A DNA stretch of 25,460 nucleotides from a virus (lineage: Duplodnaviria > Caudoviricetes), in IMG/VR virus record IMGVR_UViG_3300005528_000178, positions 1-25,460 of that record; one strand, 5' to 3'. Of the stretch, positions 24,589 to 25,460 are shown piece by piece. A program made the translations under genes and the position numbers. Positions within the stretch are counted from its first letter, which is position 1. Every line of letters starts with the position of its first letter. The notes beneath the pieces were generated by a model. It ran no database searches. It was not told the DNA's origin and saw nothing but the letters and a program-made list of their open reading frames with translations.

Positions 24589-25460
24589 ATGGCTAATAGC
24601 TACGTAACGTACACCGGGAACGGTGCTACGCAAACCTACAATGTTCCCTTCCTCTATCTTGACCGCTCCCATGTGAAGGTGTTTCTCGATAACGTAGAGA
24701 CCTCTGCCTTCGTGTGGTTGAGTGATAGCCAGATCAGGTTTGACGCTGCGCCCACCAATGGTGCAGTCATCCTGATCAAGCGTGACACTGCGAATGCCCC
24801 GTTGGTAGACTTCACCGCCAAGTCACGCTGGCAGACGGCAGACCTCAACAAGGCAATCCGTCAGGCTATCTACATTGCAGAGGAAGGCGAAGAGTACTCT
24901 TCCAAGTGGTACACCGGAACTGGTGCGCCACCGTCATATCTAGGGATCGAGGGTGACCTCTATCTGAATACCTCCAACGGTGATGTGTACCGCAAGGGTA
25001 ACGCATCGTGGAGCGTGGTTGACAACATCACCGGACCTACGGGACCGCAGGGTGCAACTGGACCTCAGGGTCCGCAAGGCGTCCAAGGTCCTCAGGGTGT
25101 CGCTGGTGAAAGCGTTCGTATCCTTGGATCGTTTGCTAATGCAGGTTTGCTCCCACTTGTGGGCAATACTAACGGTGACGGCTATCTCGTCAACGCTGAG
25201 CTTTATGTGTGGAACAATGGGTCTTGGTCCAACGTAGGTTCTATCCAAGGTCCTCAGGGAGACACTGGTCCTCAGGGCGCAACGGGTGCTACTGGCCCTG
25301 CTGGAACTGATGGTTCTCTCTGGTACAGTGGCGCTGGTGCTCCCTCTGGTGGTCTCGGTGTTGTCACTGATTGGTATCTGAACGAGACCAACGGTGATGT
25401 CTATGAGAAGACTGGTGCTTCTGCTTGGACGCTTAGGGACAATCTTACTGGCCCTCAGGG
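24589..25460 (+). CDS. Tail fiber, T7 gp17-like N-terminal anchor plus collagen-like repeats (3' end outside the window)
   Basis: Not in the ORF track because it has no stop in the window. MANSYVTYTGNGATQTYNVPFLYLDRSHVKV...IKRDT...LVDF...DLN...QAIYIAEE is the gp17 N-terminal pattern; Gly-X-Y runs follow. Confidence 0.92.
   Translation, partial: MANSYVTYTGNGATQTYNVPFLYLDRSHVKVFLDNVETSAFVWLSDSQIRFDAAPTNGAVILIKRDTANAPLVDFTAKSRWQTADLNKAIRQAIYIAEEGEEYSSKWYTGTGAPPSYLGIEGDLYLNTSNGDVYRKGNASWSVVDNITGPTGPQGATGPQGPQGVQGPQGVAGESVRILGSFANAGLLPLVGNTNGDGYLVNAELYVWNNGSWSNVGSIQGPQGDTGPQGATGATGPAGTDGSLWYSGAGAPSGGLGVVTDWYLNETNGDVYEKTGASAWTLRDNLTGPQ
25033..25320 (+). repeat. Collagen-like Gly-X-Y coding repeats
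   Basis: 25033-25113 encodes 9 triplets (GPTGPQGATGPQGPQGVQGPQGVAGES). 25249-25320 encodes 8 triplets (GPQGDTGPQGATGATGPAGTDGSL). Confidence 0.9.

Noticed and set aside
25033-25460. CRISPR array or DNA-level tandem repeat (GGTCCTCAGGG recurrences)
   Set aside because: The recurrences are explained by Gly-Pro-Gln codons, and there is no constant repeat-spacer periodicity.

Overview
All genes lie on the + strand and form the middle and late region of a T7-like podovirus (Autographiviridae-type gene order). An alphaproteobacterial host is plausible but inferred. The order is: primase/helicase 3' end, class II (B12-type) ribonucleotide reductase, ThyX, family A DNA polymerase, free-standing HNH endonuclease, gp6-like exonuclease, DUF3310 protein, gp6.5/6.7-like genes, portal, scaffold, a lysis/protease block, a structured 243-nt intergenic region, major capsid, terminator, tail tubular A/B, gp13-gp16-like internal virion proteins, and the start of a collagen-repeat tail fiber. 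Main points: (1) a group I intron (1674-2311) splits the catalytic Cys codon of the RNR and carries an HNH endonuclease in L8, with an apparent AUA start and a hairpin-sequestered RBS. (2) A lysozyme, two membrane proteins and an HslV/Ntn-type protease sit between scaffold and capsid, followed by candidate structured RNA elements. (3) Both large ejection proteins carry peptidoglycan-hydrolase domains. Family assignments come from motif recognition by eye; no database searches were run.
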